NCBI GenBank assembly: GCA_027371775.1
Contig: DAHXLG010000002.1
Location: 2,247 to 66,246 of the forward strand
Length of the DNA: 64,000 bases
Source: a bacterium
GTDB taxonomy: Bacteria > Pseudomonadota > Alphaproteobacteria > CAJXXZ01 > DAHXLG01
Direction of reading: 5' to 3'
Under the pieces are notes generated by a model that saw only the letters and a list, made by a program, of their open reading frames with translations, was not told the origin of the DNA and searched no databases. Made by a program: the position numbers and the translations under genes. Shown here piece by piece: positions 31,537-42,471 of this stretch (its first letter is position 1; each line of letters opens with the position of its first letter).

Positions 31537-31764
31537 ATGAAAAATTTATTTTTGATAGATTTCGTGTATTAGCTAATCCAATGTATGAGCTAAAAAGAAG
31601 CTTCAAATTGTGCATGCAAACAAGATAAAATCAGCCAAGATTTGCTGAATGCTTTTATTCAAGATAAAGTAGAGCAAACAACGAAAGCAGTTGTGTATCT
31701 CTATCAACAGATTTTAAAAACTGACCCTTCAAAAACCCAGAAACCTGTACAATTTGATTTTTAA
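31537..31764 (+). pseudogene. decayed paralog of the 28843-29543 family gene
   Basis: The upstream region and N-terminus align with 28766-28990 at a constant offset of ~2690-2694 (ttttcatgcacgcc at 28766 and 31456; ATG at 28843 and 31537). The frame is broken by stops (MKNLFLIDFVY*). A downstream frame still reads ...KQDKISQDLLNAFIQDKVEQ...YLYQQ...KPVQFDF*, compared with QDLLKIIQDEPVKE...YVYHEK...KNLDYDF in the other copy. Confidence 0.55.
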
Positions 31765-33480
31765 TATCATATAATAAAACCAAGTAAAAAGTTCCAAAAT
31801 CTTATTTTGAATACCACTTCAGGTTGGCCTTGAGAAAAAATTATGCAATACAAACACTTTTTGCTGCGTATAGCGAACAAGTTGTTACTAAAGCAAAAGA
31901 AATCAACCTATACTTTCAAAAATAATGCATTTGAAAGTTCAATACAGTTAGATTGAATATACTAAAATGGATTTTATATACAATATCGTTTATGAGCAAT
32001 GGTTATTTTATTAACAAGAAATTTAAAATAATTTTTGTACAAAAATATTCAAAAGTTCTGTAGATTCTGACAGCTTTAAATAACCTAATTGATTTTTCGC
32101 AAAAAATAATAACAAAATCATTCAAATTGATTGGCTAAACTAACTTGTTTGCTTAATAGAATGCTTTGCTCATGCATAACAAATATGCTATTAGAGCGGC
32201 CAAGTGCTATTGAAGGAAAATATAGAGCTTTGATTATTTACCCACTTTTAGAAATGACAATTTTAAATTATTAAATAGTTATAACTAAGTTCAATTCAAA
32301 GAATTTTTTATACCATTCTTTTTTTCAGATTATAGGTATAGGCATTTTATGATACTGAATTTAGCAATTTATATTGCAAGCCTTAAAAGCCTCTACATTT
32401 TTATGCTTACGAGATACTAGATTAAACGAAATCCGAGATAAAACACAATATAAAAAAGCAATACATTGAATATAATTCTGTCAAATACTATTGTTGAAAA
32501 TTTATCATGAACAAGCAATTTTATTATCATTCTTTTGCGCAAAATAGCTCAAGATATAATATAATCCAGTCTGTTTTTTTCATATCAGGCATCAAATTAA
32601 TTCATATATCTACTACTTAACAAATAGAAAATGCAAAAAAATATTCAATAGCCCAATAAGTTTCATAAAACACTTCTCTTCTATAAAAAAAAGAAATGAA
32701 GCGAATAAAATAATAGAACAAACAATGATTAAAATATGAACTATCAAAATGGATGATGAAATTTTTTGATTCTCAGAAGTTTTCGCAAACTAAAAAACTT
32801 CTTATGTACGATTTTAAAACGCATTTTATCACGAACACAATCTATTTTGCTCCAATTGAAATAGAAATGACAAAGGATACTTCTTTCAACTTATTAACAA
32901 TCATGCAATTTTTCAATTAGTTAAAATACAAAATTCAGTTTTAATAGATATTTGATTTATCTAATATAAGTTAAGCAGAAAAAGCAATATTAAGCGCCAT
33001 TAATAACCTTGGAAAAATTCGTTTGAAAAATAAGAAAATCATTTTATACGATTATCTATTCTGGAAAAAAATAATACATGGAAACTTTTAATAAATATCA
33101 AATATAAATGATGAATAAATGCTCTAGAAGAATTTGCAAAAGCACATTCAGAACTAGGATTTTGTTGAACAATACATAAAGCCTAAATAATTTAAAAGCT
33201 AAGAAAAATAATAAAATTCATTGAGTTAATTAAAGTTCAAAAAAATATTTAAATAAGATTCTAATCAAACTTGAACAATTAAAAAAATAGCTTAATGGCA
33301 AAAATGCAAATATAAAATTGTTTGTATAAAAAACTAATTTTCATTGTTATTTAATAAAATTGATCAATAAAATAGACGCACAAAAACATGATGTTGTTAT
33401 CTTACAAAACTTGCAATTATATTATTCTTTATCTATGTTTTTAGCTTTATCAATTTTTTTAGCAGAGACTACCTTTTTCA

Positions 33481-33848
33481 AATAATCTCATAAACACAAA
33501 ACGCCAACGGCAACTATCTGCGCTTGACCAACTTGCACAATTTCATCAAAGTGCTTTATAAATCAGAGCTCTAAATACTCAATAATCTCACAAACACAAA
33601 ACGCCAACGGCAACTATCTGCGCTTGACCAACTTGCACAATTTCATCAAAGTGCTTTATAAATCAGAGCTCTAAATACTCAATAATCTCATAAACACAAA
33701 ACGCCAACGGCAACTATCTGCGCTTGACCAACTTGCACAATTTCATCAAAGTGCTTTATAAATCAGAGCTCTAAATACTCAATAATCTCATAAACACAAA
33801 ACGCCAACGGCAACTATCTGCGCTTGACCAACTTGCACAATTTCATCA
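33481..33848 (-). repeat. exact 100-bp tandem repeat, 3.68 copies, whose last partial copy is the dapF 3' end
   Basis: Units span 33481-33580, 33581-33680 and 33681-33780, and a partial copy 33781-33848 lies inside dapF. The copies are essentially identical; I see one substitution, ctcaCaaac at ~33595. The unit comprises the last 61 nt of the dapF CDS including the stop, plus the 7 nt just downstream of the stop (33781-33787) and a 32-nt junction segment (aagtgctttataaatcagagctctaaatactc). Confidence 0.9.
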
Positions 33849-34627
33849 CCTTCTTTTATATGATTGATTGATCCGTGTTTGAAATGAATTTCTAAATTTG
33901 TCTCGCCAAAACTATCTAAAACAGAGGCAATCGCAAAAGCTGCAGACCCACATGCGCATGTTTCGCCAGTACCCAATTCCCACGTACGCGCATTGCACTT
34001 TCCGTTGGACAACCAAATACAAGAAACGTTATAATTAGGATCAGCGTAATCTTCTAAATTTTTAGGGCTTGAACTTACAATACAAATTTTATGAGGATTC
34101 CCGATATCCACAAAATACACTCCACCATCTTCACTAATCTTAGCCTTAAATGGCATATGCAATTTTATTTTGTCCTCATGCTTTGAAATTTTTACTAGAC
34201 CTGAAATCGTATGCAATTCCAACACTTGTGAAGATACAGATAGTTGTACATCATGCAAGCCCTTGATATTAAAATGCGCCGAATCAGAGAATATCCACTT
34301 GCCAAGAGAGCGCAATCCATTACCACACATACGAGCAACACTGCCATCTGCGTTCCAAATGTTTACCTGAAAATTAGGATCAATCGATAAAATTTGGTCC
34401 GCGCCTAAACCTAACCTACGATCAGCTAATTTAATCAAACGCTCTGGCGAAAATTTTTCAGAAATCAACTGATCTTGCGCTAGCATATCCGTTTTTATTA
34501 AAACAAAATCGTTGCCAAGACCATGCGCTTTTACAAAAATTTCATCTGATGTGCTTACTTTTTCAAAAATATCTTTCGCTTGGTGTTTCATATTGATATA
34601 TTTTCCATATTTTTGCCCATTTTGCAC
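33788..34627 (-). CDS. dapF: diaminopimelate epimerase
   Basis: GLGNDFVLI, MCGNGLRSLGKW and GETCACGSAAFAIA (both catalytic-Cys regions). The true start may be the internal MKHQAKD. Confidence 0.85.
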   Translation of the reverse strand: MQNGQKYGKYINMKHQAKDIFEKVSTSDEIFVKAHGLGNDFVLIKTDMLAQDQLISEKFSPERLIKLADRRLGLGADQILSIDPNFQVNIWNADGSVARMCGNGLRSLGKWIFSDSAHFNIKGLHDVQLSVSSQVLELHTISGLVKISKHEDKIKLHMPFKAKISEDGGVYFVDIGNPHKICIVSSSPKNLEDYADPNYNVSCIWLSNGKCNARTWELGTGETCACGSAAFAIASVLDSFGETNLEIHFKHGSINHIKEGDEIVQVGQAQIVAVGVLCL

Positions 34628-34830
34628 AGACCTGAAATCAGATCTATTTATATAACTACATATAATATTGATAAATAATAACTAAATATTATCAATCTTA
34701 AAAACAAGAAAAACAACTCAATCTCGCATTCTAATGCAAAAAAGAACTGCAAGTATATTCAAATAAATTTATTTTTAATGAAAAATTTTTAATTAAAAAG
34801 ATTCGCGCAAACAGCTTATATAATAAAAAA

Positions 34831-35523
34831 TTAAATATGATCTTCAATGAAATCAGATGCATATAAACGCAAAACATCCAATTTGTTTGTGAAATAATGA
34901 TCAGCTGCAAGACTATTGTACCTCACCTCACACCCTTTTTGCCTAATTAATTGATTTGAAAATTCTTCTACTACATTCGCTGAAACAATGTGATCATCCA
35001 CACCTTGTAAAATAAGTCCATTTGGACAAGGCGTCAACATGTTAAAATGATATGTCTCAACCGGAGGACTAATTGCAATAAAACCACTGATTTCTGGTCG
35101 GCGCATAGCAACCTGCAAGGCAATCCATCCACCAAATGAAAAACCTGCAACCCAAATTGGAATCATATCGCGATTTCTCATTTCGCATTTTTTGATGAAC
35201 CAATCTAGCGCTGTAAGAGCATCCTCTAGCTCTTCGTCTCCGCCTACTGGAGTTCCTTGTGATTCACCAACACCGCGAAAATTAATTCTCAATGTGTGAA
35301 ACTTCTTATCTTGAAATGTTTTGCATAATGTGTGAACAACTTTGTTGCTCATTGTACCACCATGCATTGGATGCGGAGGAAAAATCAATGCAATCGATGC
35401 TGCTGTGTTTTCAGCCAAATGCATTTTTCCTTCTAAAAGGCCATCTGGTCCTGGAATACTTACCTTGGTCTCTAATCCATTATGAAGTATATTATGAGTA
35501 TGTGAGTGAATAGAATGTATCAT
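34831..35523 (-). CDS. alpha/beta-fold hydrolase
   Basis: 230 aa. FPPHPMHGGTMSNKVV...LRINFRGVGESQG...WVAGFSFGGWIALQ (G-x-S-x-G nucleophile elbow). Confidence 0.7.
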   Translation of the reverse strand: MIHSIHSHTHNILHNGLETKVSIPGPDGLLEGKMHLAENTAASIALIFPPHPMHGGTMSNKVVHTLCKTFQDKKFHTLRINFRGVGESQGTPVGGDEELEDALTALDWFIKKCEMRNRDMIPIWVAGFSFGGWIALQVAMRRPEISGFIAISPPVETYHFNMLTPCPNGLILQGVDDHIVSANVVEEFSNQLIRQKGCEVRYNSLAADHYFTNKLDVLRLYASDFIEDHI

Positions 35524-35663
35524 GTATTTCCTTTATTCTATTTTATTACTTTTTCGTTAATATTGGAAGGGTTTTCTTGACAAACGCGCAATTTAAGAGG
35601 AAATTATTTAAATTTACTCAAAAATGTTGTAACATATTATTAATAATTCAAAAAGGATAGTAA

Positions 35664-36398
35664 ATGAGCCATAATACATGGATTTGGGGTACTCACGCAG
35701 TCTCAGCCGCACTCAAGAAAAGACCAAATCAAGTAAACAAAATTGTAATGACAGAACAGTTTAGACAAAAATTTGCCGACATGTTGTCATGCAACGAGAT
35801 ACAGTCAAACACATTATTCAAAAAAGCAAAACCAGAGATTACAACAAATCAAAAAATGGACCAAGCTTTTGGACGCAATCACCAAGGCATAGCAATATCA
35901 ATTTCGCAAATTAATTTTTGGAAACTAGATCAATGGATGGAAAAACAATCTATAAAAAGCACAATAATAGCGTGCGACCTTATCGAAGATCCACATAATC
36001 TTGGAGCAATAATCAGAACAGCGGCAGCCTTTAAAGTTAATGGCGTGCTTGTTACAAAAGATAAGCAAGCTCCATTTGAAGGTACTCTTGCAAAAAGTGC
36101 TGCAGGCGGAATAGAACACATTCCAATTGTACAAGTTGTGAATCTTTCTACTGCTCTAAAAGTTTTACAAAAAAATTTCTACACAGTATTTGGTCTAGAT
36201 GAACGAGGTGGTACAAAATGGCCAATCTGTGATCGCAACGTAATCGTTATGGGGCAAGAAGGAAAAGGTCTTAGAGATCTAACTCGCAAATGTTGTGATG
36301 AGCTTATTTCAATAGATACGAATAAAGAATTTCCAACATTAAATGTATCAGTTGCTGCTGCAATTGCTATTTCTAGATTCGTTGATGCAAGCAAATAG
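35664..36398 (+). CDS. SpoU/TrmH-family RNA 2'-O-methyltransferase (RlmB-like)
   Basis: Motifs EDPHNLGAIIRTAAAFKVNGVLV, VMGQEGKGLRDLTRKCCDELISI and LNVSVAAAIAI, with an N-terminal substrate-binding-like extension. Confidence 0.8.
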   Translation: MSHNTWIWGTHAVSAALKKRPNQVNKIVMTEQFRQKFADMLSCNEIQSNTLFKKAKPEITTNQKMDQAFGRNHQGIAISISQINFWKLDQWMEKQSIKSTIIACDLIEDPHNLGAIIRTAAAFKVNGVLVTKDKQAPFEGTLAKSAAGGIEHIPIVQVVNLSTALKVLQKNFYTVFGLDERGGTKWPICDRNVIVMGQEGKGLRDLTRKCCDELISIDTNKEFPTLNVSVAAAIAISRFVDASK

Positions 36399-37163
36399 AC
36401 CAAACACAAGAAAAAATTATGCGCATTATTATCTGCAACTAATTATGTATGCACAGAAAATGAGTTACTCTAGGAATTACAATATTTTCCACATGTACAA
36501 GATATAGAAAGCTTAAATAATAAAACAGACGAAATAAGGATTAGACAAAAAAATTATAACAGAACATTTTGATTTTATATGTAGCAAAGCTTTCACAAAT
36601 AAATCAAGCAGAAATCAAAAAAAACTTATACTTAGTTAACGCAACAATCAAATCTGTTTGCACTATTTGTGAGTTTGAAAAAATAATAAAAAAACATAAT
36701 ACAAAAAATCACAGTTTCATAGAAAAGCTTTCTGAAATAAGTTAATCATCAAAGCGTAATTACCAAAAAATTTTGTACTGCACTTTGCAATATTAATAAT
36801 TTTTTAGTACAAAATTCTCACTTAACAACTCAAAAACGCATTTAAAAAATGCAAACAAATATTTAAAAATACACAATTTTCATATTAAAGTTAAATTCTA
36901 ATTTGCATTATTATTGCTCCAGAAAAAGAAAAATATGTGATAGATATTATTTCCGTTATAGATATTAGTCAACAAAAGAACATTTGCGAATCTAAAATAA
37001 TTTAAAAATTATATAAAAAACATACAAATAAAAAGATCTGAATTTTTGACCAATTATTTGACAGTTTCAATATATAATGCTAGAATCTGCTTCGTAATAA
37101 AAAGGAGTTGGTCGCAATTAATCGCACTCTTTATAATAGAGAAATTTAATCGACACAAATAAC

Positions 37164-38936
37164 ATGAAAATAAAAGATCAGAACAAAATAGAAACCCAGT
37201 TATTTGATTATGATAACAAAATTGGCATGAGCTTTTTTTTGCAACTTCTAAAACCATTTAAGGTACATATTGCAACTTTACTTGGAACGGGCGTAATATG
37301 GTCGATTTTCACTGTAGTGAAAGCATATGCATTGAAAGTCATAATCGATTCGCTAATACAAGATGGATTGAACTCAATTGCTTGGCCACTGTTTATTTAT
37401 TTTTTCTCATGGCTTATGACAGAATTATTTCAGAGGGTGCGTGACTATGCGGTTATGTACCTCAAGCCATATTTGCGCAAAAATGTTGTAACGCAACTTT
37501 CTAGACGCATGCTGCAATATGATGATCACTATTTTCAGCAAAATCAACCATCTGCGCTTAACTATGCCTTACGCAGTTTATATGATGGCGTAGATGATGG
37601 CATATATATTGTAGAAGAATTATTTTCACATGGAATATTAATTACAAGCGCGCTTGTGAGCATGTATATCATCAACGCATATTTCAGCTTGATTGCAATA
37701 GCATGGTTTATTGTATGGGGAATTTTTGCTTGTTTCTGGTCACGCAATGGACACTTACTTGCATACTTAATTGGTAAGGCTCGCACGAAAATGACATTCC
37801 ATTTAGGAGATGCTTTTGCAAATACATCAACAATTAAAACGTTTAATGCATCAGAATATGAAAACGAGATTACAGAAGAAATATCTCAAGAAGTCGCTTT
37901 AATTGAATTTCAAAGAGAAAAAATGTTTTTCCAAATTTGGTGTGTACAAGGTTTTCTATTTTTTATCACCGCTTTTCTTGTGTTTACAGTGTTACTTAGT
38001 GGATATAAAAATGGCACTGTTACAATCGGGGATTTTGCAATGATGGTAGAGCTTTTGCAAACTATCTATAACCACTTATTTGATTTTGCAAAAGATGTTT
38101 CCGAACTAAGCGAAGTAACTGGAAAAGTGCAACAAGGCGCGCGTGTCGTTTACAAAAATTTACCAAACCAAAAAAGCATAACTCCTGAGAGAATTTTAAA
38201 AGCTACAAAAGGAGAAATCATTTTTGATAAAGTTAGATATCAATACCCTGATAGCATAGAAAAAGCAGATGCATTCGCTTCTAATAAACAAATTACGATT
38301 CCTGGCGGATCAACTGTCGCATTAATTGGTCCATCTGGTAGCGGCAAAACTACTTTGACTAAATTGCTACTTAGATTAATTGATCCAATTTCTGGAAAAA
38401 TTTTAATTGATGGACAAGATATAGCAGAATGCAATATAGAATCTGTACGATCTGCATTTGCTCTTATTCCACAAGAAATGGGAATATTTCATAGAACAAT
38501 ACGTGAAAATATTCAGTATGGTTCACCAAATGCCACGCTTGAACAAATTATTGCTGCTGCTAAAAAAGCAAAAATCCATGATATTATTTCACGATTACCT
38601 AATCAATATGATAGCGTTTATGGAAAAGAAATGGGTCTATCTGGAGGACAAAAACAACGCATTATAATAGCACGCGGTTTATTACGTAATGCAAAAATTT
38701 TCTTGTTCGATGAATCGACTTCTGCACTTGATGTAAAAACAGAATCTGATGTAATTAAAAACATTCAAGAGACAACAAAAAATTGTACGAAAATTATTAT
38801 CGCGCATAGATTAAGCACTGTAAAACATGTTGATATGATACTTGTTTGCGATGATGGAGAAATTGTAGAAATCGGCACTCATGACCAATTGATGAAAAAA
38901 CGCGGACTCTATTTTTCTATGGTAAATCTTGCATAA
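37164..38936 (+). CDS. ABC exporter, fused permease/ATPase (MsbA/multidrug type)
   Basis: The N-terminal half is hydrophobic with about 6 TM segments. The NBD carries Walker A GPSGSGKTTL, signature LSGGQKQRIIIAR and Walker B IFLFDESTSALD. Confidence 0.85.
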   Translation: MKIKDQNKIETQLFDYDNKIGMSFFLQLLKPFKVHIATLLGTGVIWSIFTVVKAYALKVIIDSLIQDGLNSIAWPLFIYFFSWLMTELFQRVRDYAVMYLKPYLRKNVVTQLSRRMLQYDDHYFQQNQPSALNYALRSLYDGVDDGIYIVEELFSHGILITSALVSMYIINAYFSLIAIAWFIVWGIFACFWSRNGHLLAYLIGKARTKMTFHLGDAFANTSTIKTFNASEYENEITEEISQEVALIEFQREKMFFQIWCVQGFLFFITAFLVFTVLLSGYKNGTVTIGDFAMMVELLQTIYNHLFDFAKDVSELSEVTGKVQQGARVVYKNLPNQKSITPERILKATKGEIIFDKVRYQYPDSIEKADAFASNKQITIPGGSTVALIGPSGSGKTTLTKLLLRLIDPISGKILIDGQDIAECNIESVRSAFALIPQEMGIFHRTIRENIQYGSPNATLEQIIAAAKKAKIHDIISRLPNQYDSVYGKEMGLSGGQKQRIIIARGLLRNAKIFLFDESTSALDVKTESDVIKNIQETTKNCTKIIIAHRLSTVKHVDMILVCDDGEIVEIGTHDQLMKKRGLYFSMVNLA

Positions 38937-39011
38937 TTGCAAATAATAAATTTGACTAAACACATAAGCAGTGCTAACATAAAATAGATAATTTATAATA
39001 GGGAGAAAAAA

Positions 39012-39398
39012 ATGAATAAAATTTTTTTAATTATAGGATTAATATGTAATATGCATGTAAACAATGCGTTCGCACCAAATGAAGAATATGTTATACCAAA
39101 TGATTTTTTGAAAAAGCTTTATGAAATCAGATGCTATGAAAAAACAAATGTTACATGCAAAGAATTCAACAATGCAAGATTTCACTTAGAAATATCCAAC
39201 TGGGCTAATGAATCAAAAAAAGATGATCTGGAAAAAAAAACTAATCTTTTGAAAATTATTCTTAATACTATGCCTGAAACATTCAATTCTCAAGAAGTTT
39301 CCGCAACAATAAAAAAGATTTTACAAGAAGAAAAATTTCCTTGCACAAGCTATAACAATGCAATATATGAAAGATATGCTCATAATATAACATGGTAA
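39012..39398 (+). CDS. small hypothetical secreted protein
   Basis: 128 aa. It has a signal-like N-terminus, MNKIFLIIGLICNMHVNNAFA, and no recognisable motif. Confidence 0.4.
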   Translation: MNKIFLIIGLICNMHVNNAFAPNEEYVIPNDFLKKLYEIRCYEKTNVTCKEFNNARFHLEISNWANESKKDDLEKKTNLLKIILNTMPETFNSQEVSATIKKILQEEKFPCTSYNNAIYERYAHNITW

Positions 39399-40041
39399 TT
39401 TTTCTTAAAGTTAATACATTATATATAAAACTTAAATAGCTTTTTTATTATAAGGCCGTTTTGTACCTATTTTTTGTACGCAACATGAAAAGCAAAATTT
39501 TTCATTGTTATTGCAAATTAATAAAAAAAAAACAGAAGTAGAAAATAATAGGAAACTTATATCATTAAAAAAATATTATATTTGTTAATCTTGTTATGCT
39601 CATATTGTCATTGAACTTACAAAGAAATATTTAATGTTCTTGCGAACGAAATACTGCAAATAGAGATGCGCCAATAAATGAAGTGATTACACTAGATGTT
39701 TTGGTGCAAAATGTATAGATAACAAAGCAACATAAGTAATGCAGAAATTTTAGCATTTAACTTTGTGTTGATGTTATAAAAAATGCTCTATAATCTAGAT
39801 TTTATTGATCCATCATCAAATATTATTTACATGTAATTCTTGCACAGCCTCAACTTTTCTCAATCATTGAATTAAAAGCATCTTTGCAAATACTCTAAAC
39901 ATCGATTTTAAGATCTTTTTGTAATAACAAATTTTTTCCAAACAAAAAAAATGATTATACATAATTTCTTTAAGAAATACACAATCAACAAAATACACAC
40001 ATGACCTATACATTCAGCAAAAGTTGAAATAACATATTTAT

Positions 40042-42471
40042 ATGTTAAAAACCGTTCGCAACCAATTTATAGAATTCTTTAAATCAAAAGGACATTTGCC
40101 TATCGATAGTGCTCCGCTTGTGCCAGAAAATGATCCTACTTTGTTGTTTATAAACTCTGGAATGGCTCCACTCAAAAGATATTTTTTGCAAGAGGATACT
40201 CCTCCTCATATTAGTCTTGTAAACTCTCAGAATTGTCTGCGCGTTGGAGGCAAGCACAATGATCTGGCAGATGTTGGATACACAAAACGGCATCATACAT
40301 TTTTTGAAATGCTGGGCAATTTTTCATTTGGCGAATATTTTCAAAAAGAAGCTATTCCATATGCTTGGGAATTTTTAACTCAAGTACTTAAACTAGATCA
40401 ATCTCGCTTATACGTTACTGTGCATCCTGATGATAAAGATGCTTTTGATATTTGGTCTAAAATTGTTGATCCTAGCAGAATTACCATGCTTAAAGAAAAT
40501 GTTTGGTCAATGGGAGATATAGGTCCTTTTGGTTACTGCTCAGAAATATTTTATGATCAACTAGTTGGCCAAGGAGACCTAGCAGAAGGCGATCGCTATC
40601 TAGAAATCTGGAATCTAGTGTTCATGAAGTTTTATTCAGATGGAAAAACAAAAACCGATCTGCCCAAGCCATGCATCGATGCAGGAATGGGTCTTGAACG
40701 GATTGTAAGCTTACTTGAAGGAGTGACTGATACATATGATATTACATTCTTCAAGCAGGTTCTTCCAGTTTTCGGTTTGAAAGAGCAAACAACTGATAGC
40801 AAAATTTTCCTTGACCATTTGCGTGCTGCTGCGTTTATGATTTCTCAAGGAATTGTTCCTGGAGCTAGCTCTCGCGATTATATTCTTCGTCGTCTAATTC
40901 GTAGAGCATTAAAATCATTCTTCACATTTAAGAAAGAATCTAAACTTGAGCTTGATGAAACTGCACGTAAAATTTTAAAAACATGGTCTAAAAGTTATGA
41001 TTATGAATGGAATATAGATAAAATTTGCAAGATACTTTGTGATGAAGAACGTCAGTTTGAGAACATACTTGAAAACGGTACGCGCATGTTTGAAGAAATG
41101 TTTGAAAAAACAAAACATTTTGATGCTCAGGCTTTGTTCTTGCTTCATGATACTTATGGATTCTCTATTGATATAGCAATCGACTTACTAAAAGCACGAG
41201 GCGGCACGGCAGATATGGAAGGATTTGAAGCACTCATGGAAGAAAACAAAGAAAAGACACGCAAAAAATCAATGAATATTGTATTACCATTTCCTGCAAC
41301 TGAATATATAGATGAATATCATGAGAATGAATACACGATTGATGCGAATTTATTAGGATTTCATGAAGATTACATGATCCTAGATCGCACTCCGTTTTAT
41401 GCAGAAAGCGGTGGACAAATTGGTGATATCGGAACAATCGAAGGAAACGGTTGGAAGGTTGAGATTATTGATACTAAAAAATTAGATAAAGTATTCATTC
41501 ACAAATTTCAAACATTAAATGGCACGCCAGAAATAGGTTCAGTTAGAGCAACCATTAACAACACAAAACGCATGCAAACGCGCGCGCACCACTCTGCAAC
41601 TCATTTGCTTCACCAATCGCTTTGCGAAATTTTTGGGGATACTGTTAAACCGATGGGTTCACTTGTATGCGAAGATAGATTGCGTCTTGATTTCACTCAC
41701 GCAAATACAATCACTCAAGATGATATCACAAAAATTGAAGATATCGTAAATGAATGGATTCAAGCAAATTACAAAACTGAAATTAAAGAAATGAATTATA
41801 AAGATGCTATCGCAGCCGGTGCAAAAGCATTCTTCACTTATGACCAAACTGTCAGAACAGTTAAGTTTGGAGAAAAATCATTTGAATTATGTGCAGGTAC
41901 CCATGTAAAAGCAACAGGAGATATAGGTCTTTTCAAAATTATCAAAGTCAGCGCAATTAGTGCAGGTATAAAACGTATCGAAGCTGTATGCGCACGTGCT
42001 GCAATCAAACGCATCCAAAAAACAGCACAAACGCTTAAAGATATTGCACATTTCTTGAATGTGGATGAAGAAGCAATTATTCAAAAACTTGAAAATGCAA
42101 ACAAAAAAACTTCACATAGCAATACAAAAATTGAAACAAGATACGTTGGCAGTTTGAAAGTTGGATATTCAAATTGCGATATAGAAATCGAAAAGCAAAT
42201 GAAGCAAAACGCTATCGATATAATGTGTGTTTGTACAGAAGCAAAAGATAAAATCGGCTTGCAATTGAAAATAAACGGCACTTCATTAGATGCAAAACAA
42301 ATAATGCAAGAACTTGGTGAGCTTATTGGAGCAGCCGGATGTGGCGGCAGAAAAGATTTCGCACAAACTGGAGGAAAAAGGATCGAAAATAAATCTAAGA
42401 TTTTTGATACATTGTGTCAAATCATTAAAAGCAAAAATAATAGTATTAGTTGTGCTACGTTAATAAAATGA
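40042..42471 (+). CDS. alaS: alanyl-tRNA synthetase
   Basis: RNQFIEFFKSKGH, HHTFFEMLGNFSFGEYFQKEAI, and editing-domain motifs HHSATHLLH ... CAGTHV. 809 aa. Confidence 0.93.
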   Translation: MLKTVRNQFIEFFKSKGHLPIDSAPLVPENDPTLLFINSGMAPLKRYFLQEDTPPHISLVNSQNCLRVGGKHNDLADVGYTKRHHTFFEMLGNFSFGEYFQKEAIPYAWEFLTQVLKLDQSRLYVTVHPDDKDAFDIWSKIVDPSRITMLKENVWSMGDIGPFGYCSEIFYDQLVGQGDLAEGDRYLEIWNLVFMKFYSDGKTKTDLPKPCIDAGMGLERIVSLLEGVTDTYDITFFKQVLPVFGLKEQTTDSKIFLDHLRAAAFMISQGIVPGASSRDYILRRLIRRALKSFFTFKKESKLELDETARKILKTWSKSYDYEWNIDKICKILCDEERQFENILENGTRMFEEMFEKTKHFDAQALFLLHDTYGFSIDIAIDLLKARGGTADMEGFEALMEENKEKTRKKSMNIVLPFPATEYIDEYHENEYTIDANLLGFHEDYMILDRTPFYAESGGQIGDIGTIEGNGWKVEIIDTKKLDKVFIHKFQTLNGTPEIGSVRATINNTKRMQTRAHHSATHLLHQSLCEIFGDTVKPMGSLVCEDRLRLDFTHANTITQDDITKIEDIVNEWIQANYKTEIKEMNYKDAIAAGAKAFFTYDQTVRTVKFGEKSFELCAGTHVKATGDIGLFKIIKVSAISAGIKRIEAVCARAAIKRIQKTAQTLKDIAHFLNVDEEAIIQKLENANKKTSHSNTKIETRYVGSLKVGYSNCDIEIEKQMKQNAIDIMCVCTEAKDKIGLQLKINGTSLDAKQIMQELGELIGAAGCGGRKDFAQTGGKRIENKSKIFDTLCQIIKSKNNSISCATLIK

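Noticed and set aside
33481-33848. Regular 100-bp direct repeats that could be mistaken for a CRISPR array
   Set aside because: The units abut each other with no unique spacers. The unit is 100 bp, far longer than CRISPR repeats. It is derived from the dapF 3' end, and no cas genes are nearby.
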